Shown here in pieces: positions 1-11,506 of a stretch of 64,000 nt of DNA; within the stretch, counting starts at the first letter, position 1; every line of letters starts with the position of its first letter. Source of the stretch: Veleropilina oligotropha (lineage: Eukaryota); contig JBEUKZ010000070.1 of the NCBI GenBank assembly GCA_048128005.1, positions 62,001 through 126,000 on the forward strand. Direction: 5' to 3'. Position numbers and translations under genes: made by a program. Under the pieces are notes generated by a model. That model did no database searches. It was not told the origin of the DNA and saw only the letters and a list, made by a program, of their open reading frames with translations.

Positions 1-1063
1 ACCATAGCTGTTACACGGGTAGGAAAGGTAGTGGGAACCGGGAATTTAGGGATATCCGGGTAGTACGCTTCGTGTTAAACTACTACACCTTATATAGGGG
101 TCTCTAATCCGAGTATAAAGGAAAAGACCGGATATTGACCCTAAATGTTATGAATCACACTTCGGTACAACCGAAGAACAGACAAGTAACCCGACTAGAA
201 TATAAACCAAGCCCGACGTACAAGCTTTATTAAAACGGCTTGTCGGACACTAACAAATTGAATTCAGGCGGATATATATAGATAGTAGGAGGCTATATAT
301 AGAAACAGCCGCCTTTAAACACCTGAAAACCTCGTGGGTGTTGATTTCAAAAGGTTAGAGCTTTGGCGAAATATCCCAGATTCGGCAGATAGGCTAAATA
401 ACGCACGTTAATACCTAAATATCTGCCTTGTTAGCGACGCTAAATTCGATTGAACAAGGTTACTAAGAATTTAAGCAAGATGCGCCGCTAAGGAATTATC
501 TAATATATAAATGAATTACAAGTAATTTCAAGCAATATTAGAACACAAACACTTCCTGCTATGAAAGGATTCGCCTATGCGAAGCTTTCCTGCTTGAAGA
601 ACGTTCCCTCCTGAGCGGCCCTCTTTAGATCTTTACATCGTAAATTCCAAGATGGCGGGCCGAAAACCTCGTGGCCAGAATCTCACAACTTTTAAACTTT
701 GCAAAGTCGGCCTAATACTCCGAACACAGTTCTAAAACGTCTTCAGTTCATAGATATATATGAATGGCACAATATTGTGCGACAGAAACTTATTTAAAAG
801 TAACTTCTGATAGTCTAATTTCTTGACTACTGAAAAGCACGTCCGGACAGACTGACGGAAGACTTAAAAAGGATACCAGATCTGTCTTGGTCTCTGAGGT
901 CTCGCGAGACTTGGGCAGATCTCGTGGGAGGAACGCGAGAGAGGTGAGCAGGGGGGGTAAGCGTGTAAGTTTAAATGAAAGTGAAACGCTTTTTCACAGT
1001 TTCCGGTTTGGCGATAATAAGGCTATTATGGCATAGGTAATGACGTAGAGTATATTGCTACTA
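1..1063 (-). mobile_element. DIRS1-like retrotransposon, 5' end only (ITR + 5' UTR; gag start at about position 5), diverged subfamily, truncated by window edge
   Basis: About 900-1063 resembles the terminal repeat at 9230-9416 (tctcgcgagacttgg ... cagtttccggtttggcgataat ... tattatggcataggtaatgacgta). Bases 1-20 (accatagctgttacacggg) resemble the gag start region at 8390-8410. aacacctgaaaacctcgtgg is shared with 8661-8680. Confidence 0.8.
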
Positions 1064-1937
1064 ATACTGGGCGACCAGTGGAACTGAAACACAAAGACAA
1101 GCATACGGATGCTGGGTGACTAGAGGAACTGGAACACAAAGACAAGCATACTGATACTGGGTGACTAGAGAAACTGGAACACAAGACAAGCATACTGATG
1201 CTGGGTGACTAGAGGAACTGGAACACAAAGACAAGCATACTGATGCTGGGTGACTAGAGAAACTGGAACACAAAGACAAGCATACTGATGCTGGGCGACC
1301 AGTGGAACTGAAACACAAAGACAAGCATACTGATGCTGGGTGACTAGAGAAACTGAAACACAAAGACAAGCATACTGATGCTGGGTGACTAGAGAAACTG
1401 GAACACAAAGACAAGCATACTGATGCTGGGCGACCAGTGGAACTGGAACACAAAGACAAGCATACTGATGCTGGGTGACTAGAGGAACTGGAACACAAAG
1501 ACAAGCATACTGATACTGTGGGACTGGAGGAACGGGAACACAAAGACAAGCATACTGATACTGGGTGACTAGAGGAACTGGAACACAAAGACAAGCATAC
1601 TGATACTGTGGGATTGGAGGAACGGGAACACAAAGACAAGCATACTGATACTGGGTGACTAGAGAAACTGGAACACAAAGACAAGCATACTGAAACTGGG
1701 CGACCAGTGGAACTGGAACACAAAGACAAGCATACTGATACTGGGTGACTAGAGAAACTGAAACACAAAGACAAGCATACTGATGCTGGGTGACTAGAGG
1801 AACTGGAACACAAAGACAAGCATACTGACGCTGGGCGACCAGTGGAACTGGAACACAAAGACAAGCATACTGATACTGGGTGACTAGAGAAACTGAAACA
1901 CAAAGACAAGCATACTGATGCTGGGTGACTAGAGAAA
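1064..1937. repeat. 45-bp minisatellite, left block (~19 units)
   Basis: Unit actg(g/a)aacacaaagacaagcatactgat(g/a)ctgggtgactagag(a/g)a; 15-aa periodicity in the ORF track. Confidence 0.97.
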
Positions 1938-2248
1938 ATGAGGTTTTAATGTAAACCTAATATTAGTATAAAACATACTTACGTCCTTACTCTTGCCATA
2001 ATAGTAATATTATTGCCAAACCGGAAACAGTGAATAAGTCACATTATGCACTATTAATAAGTCAAAGACGCAAAAACGTACCACGGTTACCTCCCCTGCT
2101 CCTCCTCAACCACGTTCCCCCGCGAGACCTCGCCAAGTCTCGCGAGACTTCTGAACCATAGAAGTCACATGACATCAATTCAAAGTTCAAAAACCACAAA
2201 GGAACGTAGTAGAGGGGAGGAATGCGAAACGCAGGGTGGGTAATCGTG

Positions 2249-2339
2249 GTAAGGACGTAAGTATGTTTTATACTAATATTAGGTTTACATTAAAACCTCA
2301 TATATAGTTACAAACATACTTACGTCCTTACTCTTGCCA
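2249..2339. repeat. Internal complementary region (ICR) of DIRS copy 1
   Basis: Reads ...taaaacctcat|atatagttacaaacatac..., the reverse complement of the left terminus (1938 atgaggtttt) joined to that of the right terminus (gtaactatat 9416). Confidence 0.9.
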
Positions 2340-3176
2340 GAATAACCTTGGATAGGTGGGTAAGACGTTCCTTACAACAAACCCAAACAAGATAATGACT
2401 TACTTGTCACCAATTCAATCAGCATGAAGCGTCGATTGTGTCCGCCTAGAGTGGAATTTTTACTGAGTATTATATTCTACTCTTACCAAGCGAGAATTTC
2501 GACCAGTGTTACCGGGAGAATACGCCGTGGTATTAGTCGGACGAGGTGAACGGAAGTGCAATCAGCCCCAGGCACGGCCGGAAGGATAAATCCCTGTAGG
2601 TCTTACGTGTCATGGACCAGTGGCAGCCAAATGGGACTCCGGGCCTATAGGCCGGTAGCCAGAGGATGCAGTCGGATTTGTAAGCACACGGAACCTAACA
2701 GGTTGTGAAAGCTTTAAATCAAAAGCAAAGAATTAATAGATTATTATAAATAATCGATATTAATAAGTAATTCGCATGACCAACTTGCGAACGCTAACAT
2801 GGACGACATGTCACTTAAAATAAATTTTAAGGAAGCAAAAAATGTTCGACATGTTACTTAAAAATAAATGTTAAGGAATCAACATTTTTTAAAATGTATT
2901 GACCATCGTATGTTCGATTACAGCAAAGAACATAATAATATTGAACCTTAATCTTTTTAAGATTTGTGCAAAATTATAAAAGTTGTTTTATTAAATTCAA
3001 TGTAATCTGGCTGTCAGCTGCTCAGGTCTGACATGAAAAGTACAAAATCTTAAATTAGATTTAAGAAATGAACAGACATTGAACTGCCTCGTAGGTGTTA
3101 ATTTTCGTAGCACCGTTGGCCAACAAAAATAAAATTGCGTCAGTAAATATGCAAATGATCAATCAGAGAACAATAC

Positions 3177-6134
3177 TTACTGATTAGAAGACCTCGGTCT
3201 AACAATAACCCTTTGTGCAGCAACACACTGTAAGCTGCTCAGGCCATCAGCACCTGTTGAGTAGTCCCGCAGATAATGTTTGACAAACACATTAGCGTTT
3301 TTCCAATATCCAGCCTGGAGTAACGCATTGATATTTAAATTATGTCGGAATGCTACAGACGCGGCAATTGCCCGGACTTCATGTGCGCGGACCGATAAAA
3401 TAGTTCGGTCGTCGTCATCACAACGGATGTAAACATCTCTCACAGTTTGTGAAATCCACCGCGAAACAGTTGTCCTCGTAATGTCGCGGGTGTAAGTAGG
3501 TAAATACGATACGAATAAACGTAATTTCCCTGTCCGCATTTCACGGGTTCTGTCTAGGTAGAAGCGAAGCGCCCGTACCGGGCAATTGAGGCGGTCTGCA
3601 TCGTGCCGTCCGACTAGCGTTAGCTTGGGAATAACAACATCGGGTGCGTCCTCGTTCGGCCGTTGGTTCTTGGCTAGAAAGCCAAGAATAGGACGCAGTA
3701 TCACCGACCCGTCTGACTGGAATCGTATATCTCGTAGGTCGGAGGAGAAAGCATGGATCTCGGAACAACGCCTGCCCGACGCTAAGGCGATCAGAAAAAC
3801 CGTTTTGTGCGTCAAGTTCCTCATGGTTATCTCGGACATCGGCTCATACGGGGGTAAGAGTAATGCGTTAAGAATAAGTACGATATTCCAGGCAGGTGGC
3901 TTAATTCTTCGGGTCGGTATCTCGAGTTCGTAAGATCGTATAAAATCTGATATCGTTCGGTCGCTTGATAGGCCAGCATGGGCACGACACTGCTTTAGCG
4001 TGGTCGCGATCGTTGCCCGATAGCCTTTGACGGCGGACACTGACATACCGCGGTCGAAGAGCGACGATAAAAACTCGATAAACTTGTTCACAGGGGGACG
4101 GAGTATATTGACCTGCCTGCTGTGACACCAATCCACGTACTTAACCCATCGGTAGTCATAGACTTTTGTAGTGGAAATCCTTCTCGATCGATAGATACGT
4201 AAGGCTGTAGCTTTAGAAAATCCTTTCTTAGCAAGGGATCGTTCGATAACCGCCAGGCGTGTAAACGTAAGTGGTTCGGCGACTCGTGGAGTACACGGGA
4301 GCGTGGTTGCATTAACAGGTCTAGTTTCTGCGGTAACGCTAACGGTCGATCGACGATCAGATCGAGGAGGGTCGGAAACCAAGGTTGCGTGCGATACAGG
4401 GGCGCTATTAGCGTTATCTCGCAACGTTCGGTCGCTGCCTTCTGTAATACCAGTGATAGAATGCACGTCGGGGGGAAGGCATACGCGGACAGATTCTCCC
4501 ATGTCATTGACATTGCGTCGACCGCTAGGGCGGCCGGGTCTGGGTACGGGGAGACATACAGAGGTAGTCGGTAATTGAATTCTGTTGCAAACAAATCGAC
4601 TTGGGGTTGCGACCACCGGCGGCAAACATCCCGAGCTACTCGGCTGTGTAGCGTCCACTCTGTGTGTATTATCTGTGATCTCCGAGAGAGCGAATCCGCT
4701 CTGACATTCAGCTTTCCCGGGATGTGTCGGGCTCGAATCGTCGAGTTGAGGGACATCACTAAGCGGTGTAGGTCTATTGCTCGGTCGCATAGGGGACGCG
4801 AGCGAGTACCGCCCTGGTGCTGTATGTAAGCGACGACAGTCGTGTTGTCCGTGGCGAGCATGATATGCTTGTTGCGGAGATGTAACGAGAGGGACCGTAC
4901 TGACAGGAAGACGGCTTCTAACTCTAGGAAGTTGATATGTCGTCCCTGAAGGTCTGTCGGCCATAGGCCTGATGTCTCGTAACTGTCGAGGTGACCACCC
5001 CAGCCGTCGTTCGAAGCGTCTGTGAACAGGTAAGCGTTCGGCTCTGGTGGGGATATAGGAACCGACTGGTCCGGCAAAGCGGGGTTCAACCACACTGCTG
5101 TCGTGTCGGTAAACCAATGCCGTAGATCGATGCGATCCGTCCACTGCCCCGTCCGTTGTATCCAGCGATCCCTGAACGCCTGTTGTAACGGTCTTTTGTC
5201 CATGCGACCCGTCGGTAGCAGGGGCGCTACCGACTCGATGTGCCCCAGGACAGTGGCCAGTTGTCGCGCCGTAGTTATGTCCGATGACAGGGTGTCTTGG
5301 ATAACCGCGCGTAGGTTCCGCATACGCTTCTGGGTCGGCTTCGCGGTGTACCGGACCGTATCGAAGTCGACTCCGAGGAACGTAAACGTCGTCGAGGGCA
5401 CGAAGCAGGATTTTGTCTCGTTGATCTGAAATCCCAGGCGCTTCGTCGATGACAGGGTAAAGCTCGTAGACCGGAGGCACAGATCCCGGGACGCCCCGAG
5501 GATCAGCCAGTCGTCGAGGTACATATGTACCCTGTGCCCTAGAGAGTGTAGGAAGGCCCCTAGGGCCTGTACTGTTCTCGTGAAGACGTACGGGGCTGAC
5601 GATAGACCGAACGGTAGGCACCTGAATTGGTAGATCGTCTTCCCGTGTATAAACCGAAGGTACTGATGAGCCGTGACATGCATCGGGACATGCAGATACG
5701 CGTCGGCGAGATCGATAGACGCTGCCCAGTCGCCCGGACGGATGGCCGCTCGAATCTTCGAGAGGGTTTCTTGCTGGAATTTCTCGGTACGAAGATATCG
5801 GTTTAGGTACGAGAGATCGAGGATCGGTCTCCAGCGGCCATCGGGTTTCGGGACCAGGAAGAAATGGCTGTAAAATCCTGGTGTGCTGGGCGGCGCGGGA
5901 TATATCGCTCTTTTTAGGAGCAAATCCCGCACTGCCTGGTCTAAGACCGCTTGTTTCTCTCCGTTTAGGAGTCGAGCGTGTCTTGTTGGTGGTGCCTCGG
6001 TTAAGGTCGGATGCCGGTTGAATGCCAACTTGTATCCGGCACTCACGACTAAGTGGACCCAGTTGCTGTCTGTCAGCTCTAGCCAGGGCTGGCTGTGTGC
6101 TAACAGGCACGCTCCCACCGGCGGGAGCGGGCAA
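3177..6134 (-). CDS. DIRS tyrosine recombinase ORF (long N-terminal part overlaps the RT ORF in another frame)
   Basis: Motifs ALASGRRCSEIHA (R), CPVRAL, HEVRAIAAS (HxxR), GYWKNANVFVKHY (W, Y). True start codon uncertain. Confidence 0.92.
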   Translation of the reverse strand: MPAPAGGSVPVSTQPALARADRQQLGPLSRECRIQVGIQPASDLNRGTTNKTRSTPKRRETSGLRPGSAGFAPKKSDISRAAQHTRILQPFLPGPETRWPLETDPRSLVPKPISSYREIPARNPLEDSSGHPSGRLGSVYRSRRRVSACPDACHGSSVPSVYTREDDLPIQVPTVRSIVSPVRLHENSTGPRGLPTLSRAQGTYVPRRLADPRGVPGSVPPVYELYPVIDEAPGISDQRDKILLRALDDVYVPRSRLRYGPVHREADPEAYAEPTRGYPRHPVIGHNYGATTGHCPGAHRVGSAPATDGSHGQKTVTTGVQGSLDTTDGAVDGSHRSTALVYRHDSSVVEPRFAGPVGSYIPTRAERLPVHRRFERRLGWSPRQLRDIRPMADRPSGTTYQLPRVRSRLPVSTVPLVTSPQQAYHARHGQHDCRRLHTAPGRYSLASPMRPSNRPTPLSDVPQLDDSSPTHPGKAECQSGFALSEITDNTHRVDATQPSSSGCLPPVVATPSRFVCNRIQLPTTSVCLPVPRPGRPSGRRNVNDMGESVRVCLPPDVHSITGITEGSDRTLRDNANSAPVSHATLVSDPPRSDRRSTVSVTAETRPVNATTLPCTPRVAEPLTFTRLAVIERSLAKKGFSKATALRIYRSRRISTTKVYDYRWVKYVDWCHSRQVNILRPPVNKFIEFLSSLFDRGMSVSAVKGYRATIATTLKQCRAHAGLSSDRTISDFIRSYELEIPTRRIKPPAWNIVLILNALLLPPYEPMSEITMRNLTHKTVFLIALASGRRCSEIHAFSSDLRDIRFQSDGSVILRPILGFLAKNQRPNEDAPDVVIPKLTLVGRHDADRLNCPVRALRFYLDRTREMRTGKLRLFVSYLPTYTRDITRTTVSRWISQTVRDVYIRCDDDDRTILSVRAHEVRAIAASVAFRHNLNINALLQAGYWKNANVFVKHYLRDYSTGADGLSSLQCVAAQRVIVRPRSSNQ

Positions 6135-6370
6135 CTGGGGCCGTCGCGAATGCCGGCAGCCCTAGGGCCGAGGCTTCCCTCTCCCGCTCTGCTTGCGGGA
6201 TTTCGTTGGAGGTGCTTGCCTCTTTGGAGTGGGTTTATTGGCCGGAGGCCTACCACCCGAAGAGGGCTTCGCACGCTTAGAAGGCTTCGGGGCCGGGGTG
6301 GGCCCGGAGCGCTTCTTCGAGTTGGCAGGTGGACCCCGGGTGGGGAGCAGTACTGCCTTCTCGATGGCAC
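4088..6370 (-). CDS. DIRS reverse transcriptase / RNase H / methyltransferase-like ORF
   Basis: RT: FLVPKPDGRWRPILDL, IDLADAYLHVP, LPFGLSSAP, YLDD. RNase H: FTDAS, INFLELEAV, TDN, ADSLSR. MT-like: VDLFA...YAFPP...IAP...QPWFP. Confidence 0.95.
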   Translation of the reverse strand: MPSRRQYCSPPGVHLPTRRSAPGPPRPRSLLSVRSPLRVVGLRPINPLQRGKHLQRNPASRAGEGSLGPRAAGIRDGPSCPLPPVGACLLAHSQPWLELTDSNWVHLVVSAGYKLAFNRHPTLTEAPPTRHARLLNGEKQAVLDQAVRDLLLKRAIYPAPPSTPGFYSHFFLVPKPDGRWRPILDLSYLNRYLRTEKFQQETLSKIRAAIRPGDWAASIDLADAYLHVPMHVTAHQYLRFIHGKTIYQFRCLPFGLSSAPYVFTRTVQALGAFLHSLGHRVHMYLDDWLILGASRDLCLRSTSFTLSSTKRLGFQINETKSCFVPSTTFTFLGVDFDTVRYTAKPTQKRMRNLRAVIQDTLSSDITTARQLATVLGHIESVAPLLPTGRMDKRPLQQAFRDRWIQRTGQWTDRIDLRHWFTDTTAVWLNPALPDQSVPISPPEPNAYLFTDASNDGWGGHLDSYETSGLWPTDLQGRHINFLELEAVFLSVRSLSLHLRNKHIMLATDNTTVVAYIQHQGGTRSRPLCDRAIDLHRLVMSLNSTIRARHIPGKLNVRADSLSRRSQIIHTEWTLHSRVARDVCRRWSQPQVDLFATEFNYRLPLYVSPYPDPAALAVDAMSMTWENLSAYAFPPTCILSLVLQKAATERCEITLIAPLYRTQPWFPTLLDLIVDRPLALPQKLDLLMQPRSRVLHESPNHLRLHAWRLSNDPLLRKDFLKLQPYVSIDREGFPLQKSMTTDGLSTWIGVTAGRSIYSVPL

Positions 6371-8394
6371 GGTCCTTCATGTCCGCCGCTCTCTTGTCAA
6401 CAAACTCCGAAAAGTTGTCACCAAAGAGAGTGGTGGCCGAGCAAGGTACGCATCGCAACGAGCGCCGGGTGGGCTCGTCCAGCATCCCTACGAAGTAGGA
6501 GGGCATTGCCCAGGACACGTCCCGTCTCCAACGCGCTGGTCTCCTGCGCGGCAGCAACCTCCTGGAGGAAGGACAGGGCAGCCTCGGTGGCGCCGGGTCC
6601 ATTCTCCTGTAGTACGGCTATCGCGCCGTCCAAGAAAAAGTCCTGAACAGACGATAGCCGTAGAGCCCGTCGGGCGGCGCTCTCGAAAGCTTCCAAGGCG
6701 GACCAAGGAACTTTCGCTACGGAGGGAGTGTGACTGGCGGTCAGTCGACGCAACGAAGCGTCAACACGAGCCGGCTCAGTCGCCAGGCACGGACCAGTGC
6801 ATTCGAACGGGATCGCTCGAGTACTGGCCCGGAGGTACCTCCCACTACGGAACCCCGAAGGGAACTCGTTCAGCGGGGAGGACTCCACCGGATTGCGCCC
6901 CTGAACGAGCTTGGTGATCGAGTCTACAACCAGATCTACCAGCCCGGACTGAGGTAAGGAGGGGAGCTCGGGGGCTTCCCTACTGACAAACCGATGTGCT
7001 GCCGTCCTATGCTTGGCTACGTCTACAGCCGACCGAGTCGGTTCCGACAAGCCAAGCACCCCGCGAAGTGACGCGACGGCGTCGAGCCTTCGGCGGGTGG
7101 AGGAGGTCGGCTCCTGCGTGCCTGTAAGACTAATGTCTTCGGGCCCGACCGATTCAGGGAGGTCGGTGTGATTGGAACCGAGGTCCTCGTCGGAACGAGG
7201 GTCGATGTCCATCACTGAGGCAGGAGCCGTGCTCTGCGCCATGGGCAGATGTGTAGGTACCTGGTGCGGCTCGGGAGCCGTCGGCCAGGCCTTACACCGT
7301 TCGTCGATCCCCGCCGCGATCCATGCCTGGACGTTCTCAAAAGAGAAACCCGAAGGCAGGACGGGCGACGAACTAACAGCCGGTAGTTCTGTCGAGGTAA
7401 CCGTGGCGCTAGGTAGACGGGCTGCACGGACAGGTGGTACCGAGGACCAGGGTCCACGGGCACTTGTCGAGGGGTCGAACCCGAAGGACTGGCCCGAAGG
7501 CACAGTCAGTGGGCCGGACGACCGATAGGACTGCGGCAACAGTTCTGATCGGTCTACCACTCTGTTCGAGCGAGGCACGGACGGAAAACCGCCGTAGAAC
7601 CCCGTCCCGAACGCAGCCGGTCTGTCCACGTTCTCTAGCGTGACCACGGTGGGTGCACGGGAGAGATCGGGCCCTCTGAATGTCTCGTGAGCTTCGAGGT
7701 TGAGCGGAAAACCCCTAGGGGAAGTCGCATCGTTCTCGACCGAGGATTCAGGTTTCGCCGATTGTCCGAGTCTTAGACCTACAAGTAGGTGCCCGGCCTC
7801 TTTAAAGGCTTTCTCTGCATTGGGTCTGTCACCGTAGGAAGACGGTGAGTTTCCCGCAGAAGGACTAACTGTCCCCTTATTCTTCGAGGCCGAAGAAAAG
7901 GATGGGGATAGTCTGCCCTGTTCAGCTGTTCGCTGCGCTGTCATGTATACCTTGCTAGCCGGCAAGGTATGGCTGACTGCAGTTACTAGGCCCAGTTGTG
8001 GAGGAACGGTCGACACTCGGGTCTTTACCTGAATCTGGGGTACCGGCAAGGTTTCGGTGACTCCCCGAAGAGTCGCGGAGGTTTCGCCGGTGGATCCGGC
8101 AACAGACGTCCCCTTGTGTCGGCTGTCGTCCAGCGTCCCTGAAGCAGACAATGAAGAAACATTATGTTTTAACTTACCGGTCTCTTCATGACCCTTCTCC
8201 GGGGGAGGACCCACCGTGGCAGCCGCCCTGGTCGACTTACCCTGGTGAGACAGGACTGCCCACTGCTTATCTGATAGAAGAAAGCACAGATCACATTGAT
8301 GTTGTATATTACAGCTACGGTGAATACGACATTCCTTGTGCCTATCAAATCCGTGAATTTTCTGGTTACACCCGGAGCTACTGCACCGGACCAT
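6162..8394 (-). pseudogene. DIRS gag-like ORF1, frameshifted
   Basis: Cys/His-rich N-terminus (C..C...D.H..C..H..C...C..C). Compared with copy 2, 20 nt (tgcctggaaggcacctcgct) are missing at 6480/6481, which shifts the C-terminus into the 6162-6602 frame. Confidence 0.8.
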
Positions 8395-9416
8395 AGCTAA
8401 ATACACGGGCGGGTGGACATGGGTAGACGGGGTAGGTAAATAGGTATATGTATGGTAGTTGTGACTTCTTTCCTTTGGATGGAGTACTACGACAACTCAC
8501 AGAATTGTCCTGATCTGAAGATCAAAGATCAAGCGATATACCGTTAATAAGACCCCGAACTGGGAACACCGAGGTCGGGTATTTTACCCGACCGACCCGG
8601 TAACCCGGCAAATTGACTAAAACAAACGGTGGTTCTTTTCTCGAAAAAACCGCCCAGAAAACACCTGAAAACCTCGTGGATGTTTTTATGTTAGTACAAT
8701 GGCGTATTATCCCAGCAACGGCAGGATATCAGAAAAAAAGCAAGCGTGATATCAAAAGATCCTGCCTTTTAACAACGCTAGAAATTTTTTTTATTTTTTT
8801 TATTTTTTATAATAATAAATAACCAGCAAATAGCGTTGTTAAGGAATTATCCAATATAATGAGTTACCTGTTTGCAGTCTCAAACAATATCAGATAAATA
8901 TACCGACCAGAAATTTCAGCTAAACTCGAAACTTTCCCTCTAAGCGGCCATTTTTAACAGCCACGGCGTCCTTGACGACGATGTCGGTTTCACTTGATGT
9001 CCAGAACTTCTCGAAGTTTTGAGAATCACTCTTCTTATATTCACTTGTGTTTTATATCCACAACACAGGGTTATATTCCACTACTTATAATCGATATAAG
9101 TAGAATACTGCGCCCAGATTTAACATGAAATCGGGCGCCTATTTCGAAATATTTGCGGAGCAAAACAACGTCTTTCCGCGGCAGCGGAAAACTTTGAATT
9201 GATGTCATGTGACTTCTATGGTTCAGAAGTCTCGCGAGACTTGGCGAGGTCTCGCGGGGGAACGTGGTTGAGGAGGAGCAGGGGAGGTAACCGTGGTACG
9301 TTTTTGCGTCTTTGACTTATTAATAGTGCATAATGTGACTTATTCACTGTTTCCGGTTTGGCAATAATATTACTATTATGGCAAGAGTAAGGACGTAAGT
9401 ATGTTTGTAACTATAT

Positions 9417-11506
9417 CTGGAACACAAAGACAAGCATACTGATACTGTGGGATTGGAGGAACGGGAACACAAAGACAAGCATACTGATACTGGGTGACTA
9501 GAGAAACTGGAACACAAAGACAAGCATACTGAAACTGGGCGACCAGTGGAACTGGAACACAAAGACAAGCATACTGATACTGGGTGACTAGAGAAACTGA
9601 AACACAAAGACAAGCATACTGATGCTGGGTGACTAGAGGAACTGGAACACAAAGACAAGCATACTGACGCTGGGCGACCAGTGGAACTGGAACACAAAGA
9701 CAAGCATACTGATACTGGGTGACTAGAGAAACTGAAACACAAAGACAAGCATACTGATGCTGGGTGACTAGAGGAACTGGAACACAAAGACAAGCATACT
9801 GATGCTGGGTGACTAGAGGAACTGGAACACAAAGACAAGCATACTGATACTGGGTGACTAGAGAAACTGGAACACAAAGACAAGCATACTGAAACTGGGC
9901 GACCAGTGGAACTGAAACACAAAGACAAGCATACTGATGCTGGGTGACTAGAGAAACTGGAACACAAAGACAAGCATACTGATACTGTGGGACTGGAGGA
10001 ACGGGAACACAAAGACAAGCATACTGATACTGGGTGACTAGAGAAACTGAAACACAAAGACAAGCATACTGATGCTGGGTGACTAGAGAAACTGAAACAC
10101 AAAGACAAGCATACTGATGCTGGGTGACTAGAGAAACTGGAACACAAAGACAAGCATACTGATACTGTGGGACTGGAGGAACGGGAACACAAAGACAAGC
10201 ATACTGATACTGTGGGATTGGAGGAACGGGAACACAAAGACAAGCATACTGATACTGGGTGACTAGAGAAACTGGAACACAAAGACAAGCATACTGAAAC
10301 TGGGCGACCAGTGGAACTGGAACACAAAGACAAGCATACTGATACTGGGTGACTAGAGAAACTGAAACACAAAGACAAGCATACTGATGCTGGGTGACTA
10401 GAGGAACTGGAACACAAAGACAAGCATACTGACGCTGGGCGACCAGTGGAACTGGAACACAAAGACAAGCATACTGATACTGGGTGACTAGAGAAACTGA
10501 AACACAAAGACAAGCATACTGATGCTGGGTGACTAGAGGAACTGGAACACAAAGACAAGCATACTGATGCTGGGTGACTAGAGGAACTGGAACACAAAGA
10601 CAAGCATACTGATGCTGGGTGACTAGAGGAACTGGAACACAAAGACAAGCATACTAATACTGGGTGACTAGAGAAACTGGAACACAAAGACAAGCATACT
10701 GAAACTGGGCGACCAGTGGAACTGAAACACAAAGACAAGCATACTGATGCTGGGTGACTAGAGAAACTGAAACACAAAGACAAGCATACTGATACTGTAG
10801 GACTAGAGAAACTGAAACACAAAGACAAGCATACTGATGCTGGGTGACTAGAGAAACTGAAACACAAAGACAAGCATACTGATGCTGGGTGACTAGAGGA
10901 ACTGGAACACAAAGACAAGCATACTGATACTGGGTGACTAGAGAAACTGGAACACAAAGACAAGCATACTGATGCTGGGTGACTAGAGAAACTGGAACAC
11001 AAAGACAAGCATACTGATACTGTGGGACTGGAGGAACGGGAACACAAAGACAAGCATACTGATACTGGGTGACTAGAGAAATTGAAACACAAAGACAAGC
11101 ATACTGATGCTGGGTGACTAGAGAAACTGAAACACAAAGACAAGCATACTGATGCTGGGTGACTAGAGAAACTGGAACACAAAGACAAGCATACTGATGC
11201 TGGGTGACTAGAGAAACTGAAACACAAAGACAAGCATACTGATGCTGGGTGACTAGAGAAACTGGAACACAAAGACAAGCATACTGATACTGTGGGACTG
11301 GAGGAACGGGAACACAAAGACAAGCATACTGATACTGGGTGACTAGAGAAACTGAAACACAAAGACAAGCATACTGATGCTGGGTGACTAGAGAAACTGG
11401 AACACAAAGACAAGCATACTGATACTGTGGGACTGGAGGAACGGGAACACAAAGACAAGCATACTGATGCTGGGTGACTAGAGGAACTGAAACACAAAGA
11501 CAAGCT
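9417..11506. repeat. 45-bp minisatellite, right block (~46 units); unit = Dicer 3' splice site + exon start
   Basis: Same unit as 1064-1937. The - strand reads gcttgtctttgtgtttcag|TTCCTCTAGTCACCCAGCA. Confidence 0.95.

Larger units (their letters stand above)
1938..9416 (-). mobile_element. Full-length DIRS1-like tyrosine-recombinase retrotransposon (copy 1, ~7.5 kb)
   Basis: ITRs at about 1971-2187 and 9190-9406; ICR at about 2249-2339; gag, RT/RH/MT and YR ORFs. Inserted in a satellite unit at gagaaa^ctgg with no TSD. Confidence 0.96.

Noticed and set aside
4088..4640. Adenine-methyltransferase-like domain after RNase H as a novelty
   Set aside because: An established feature of DIRS1-like elements.
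3541..8396. Many short antisense or alternative-frame ORFs inside DIRS copies (also 29972-34649)
   Set aside because: Shadow ORFs of GC-rich coding DNA with no recognisable motifs.
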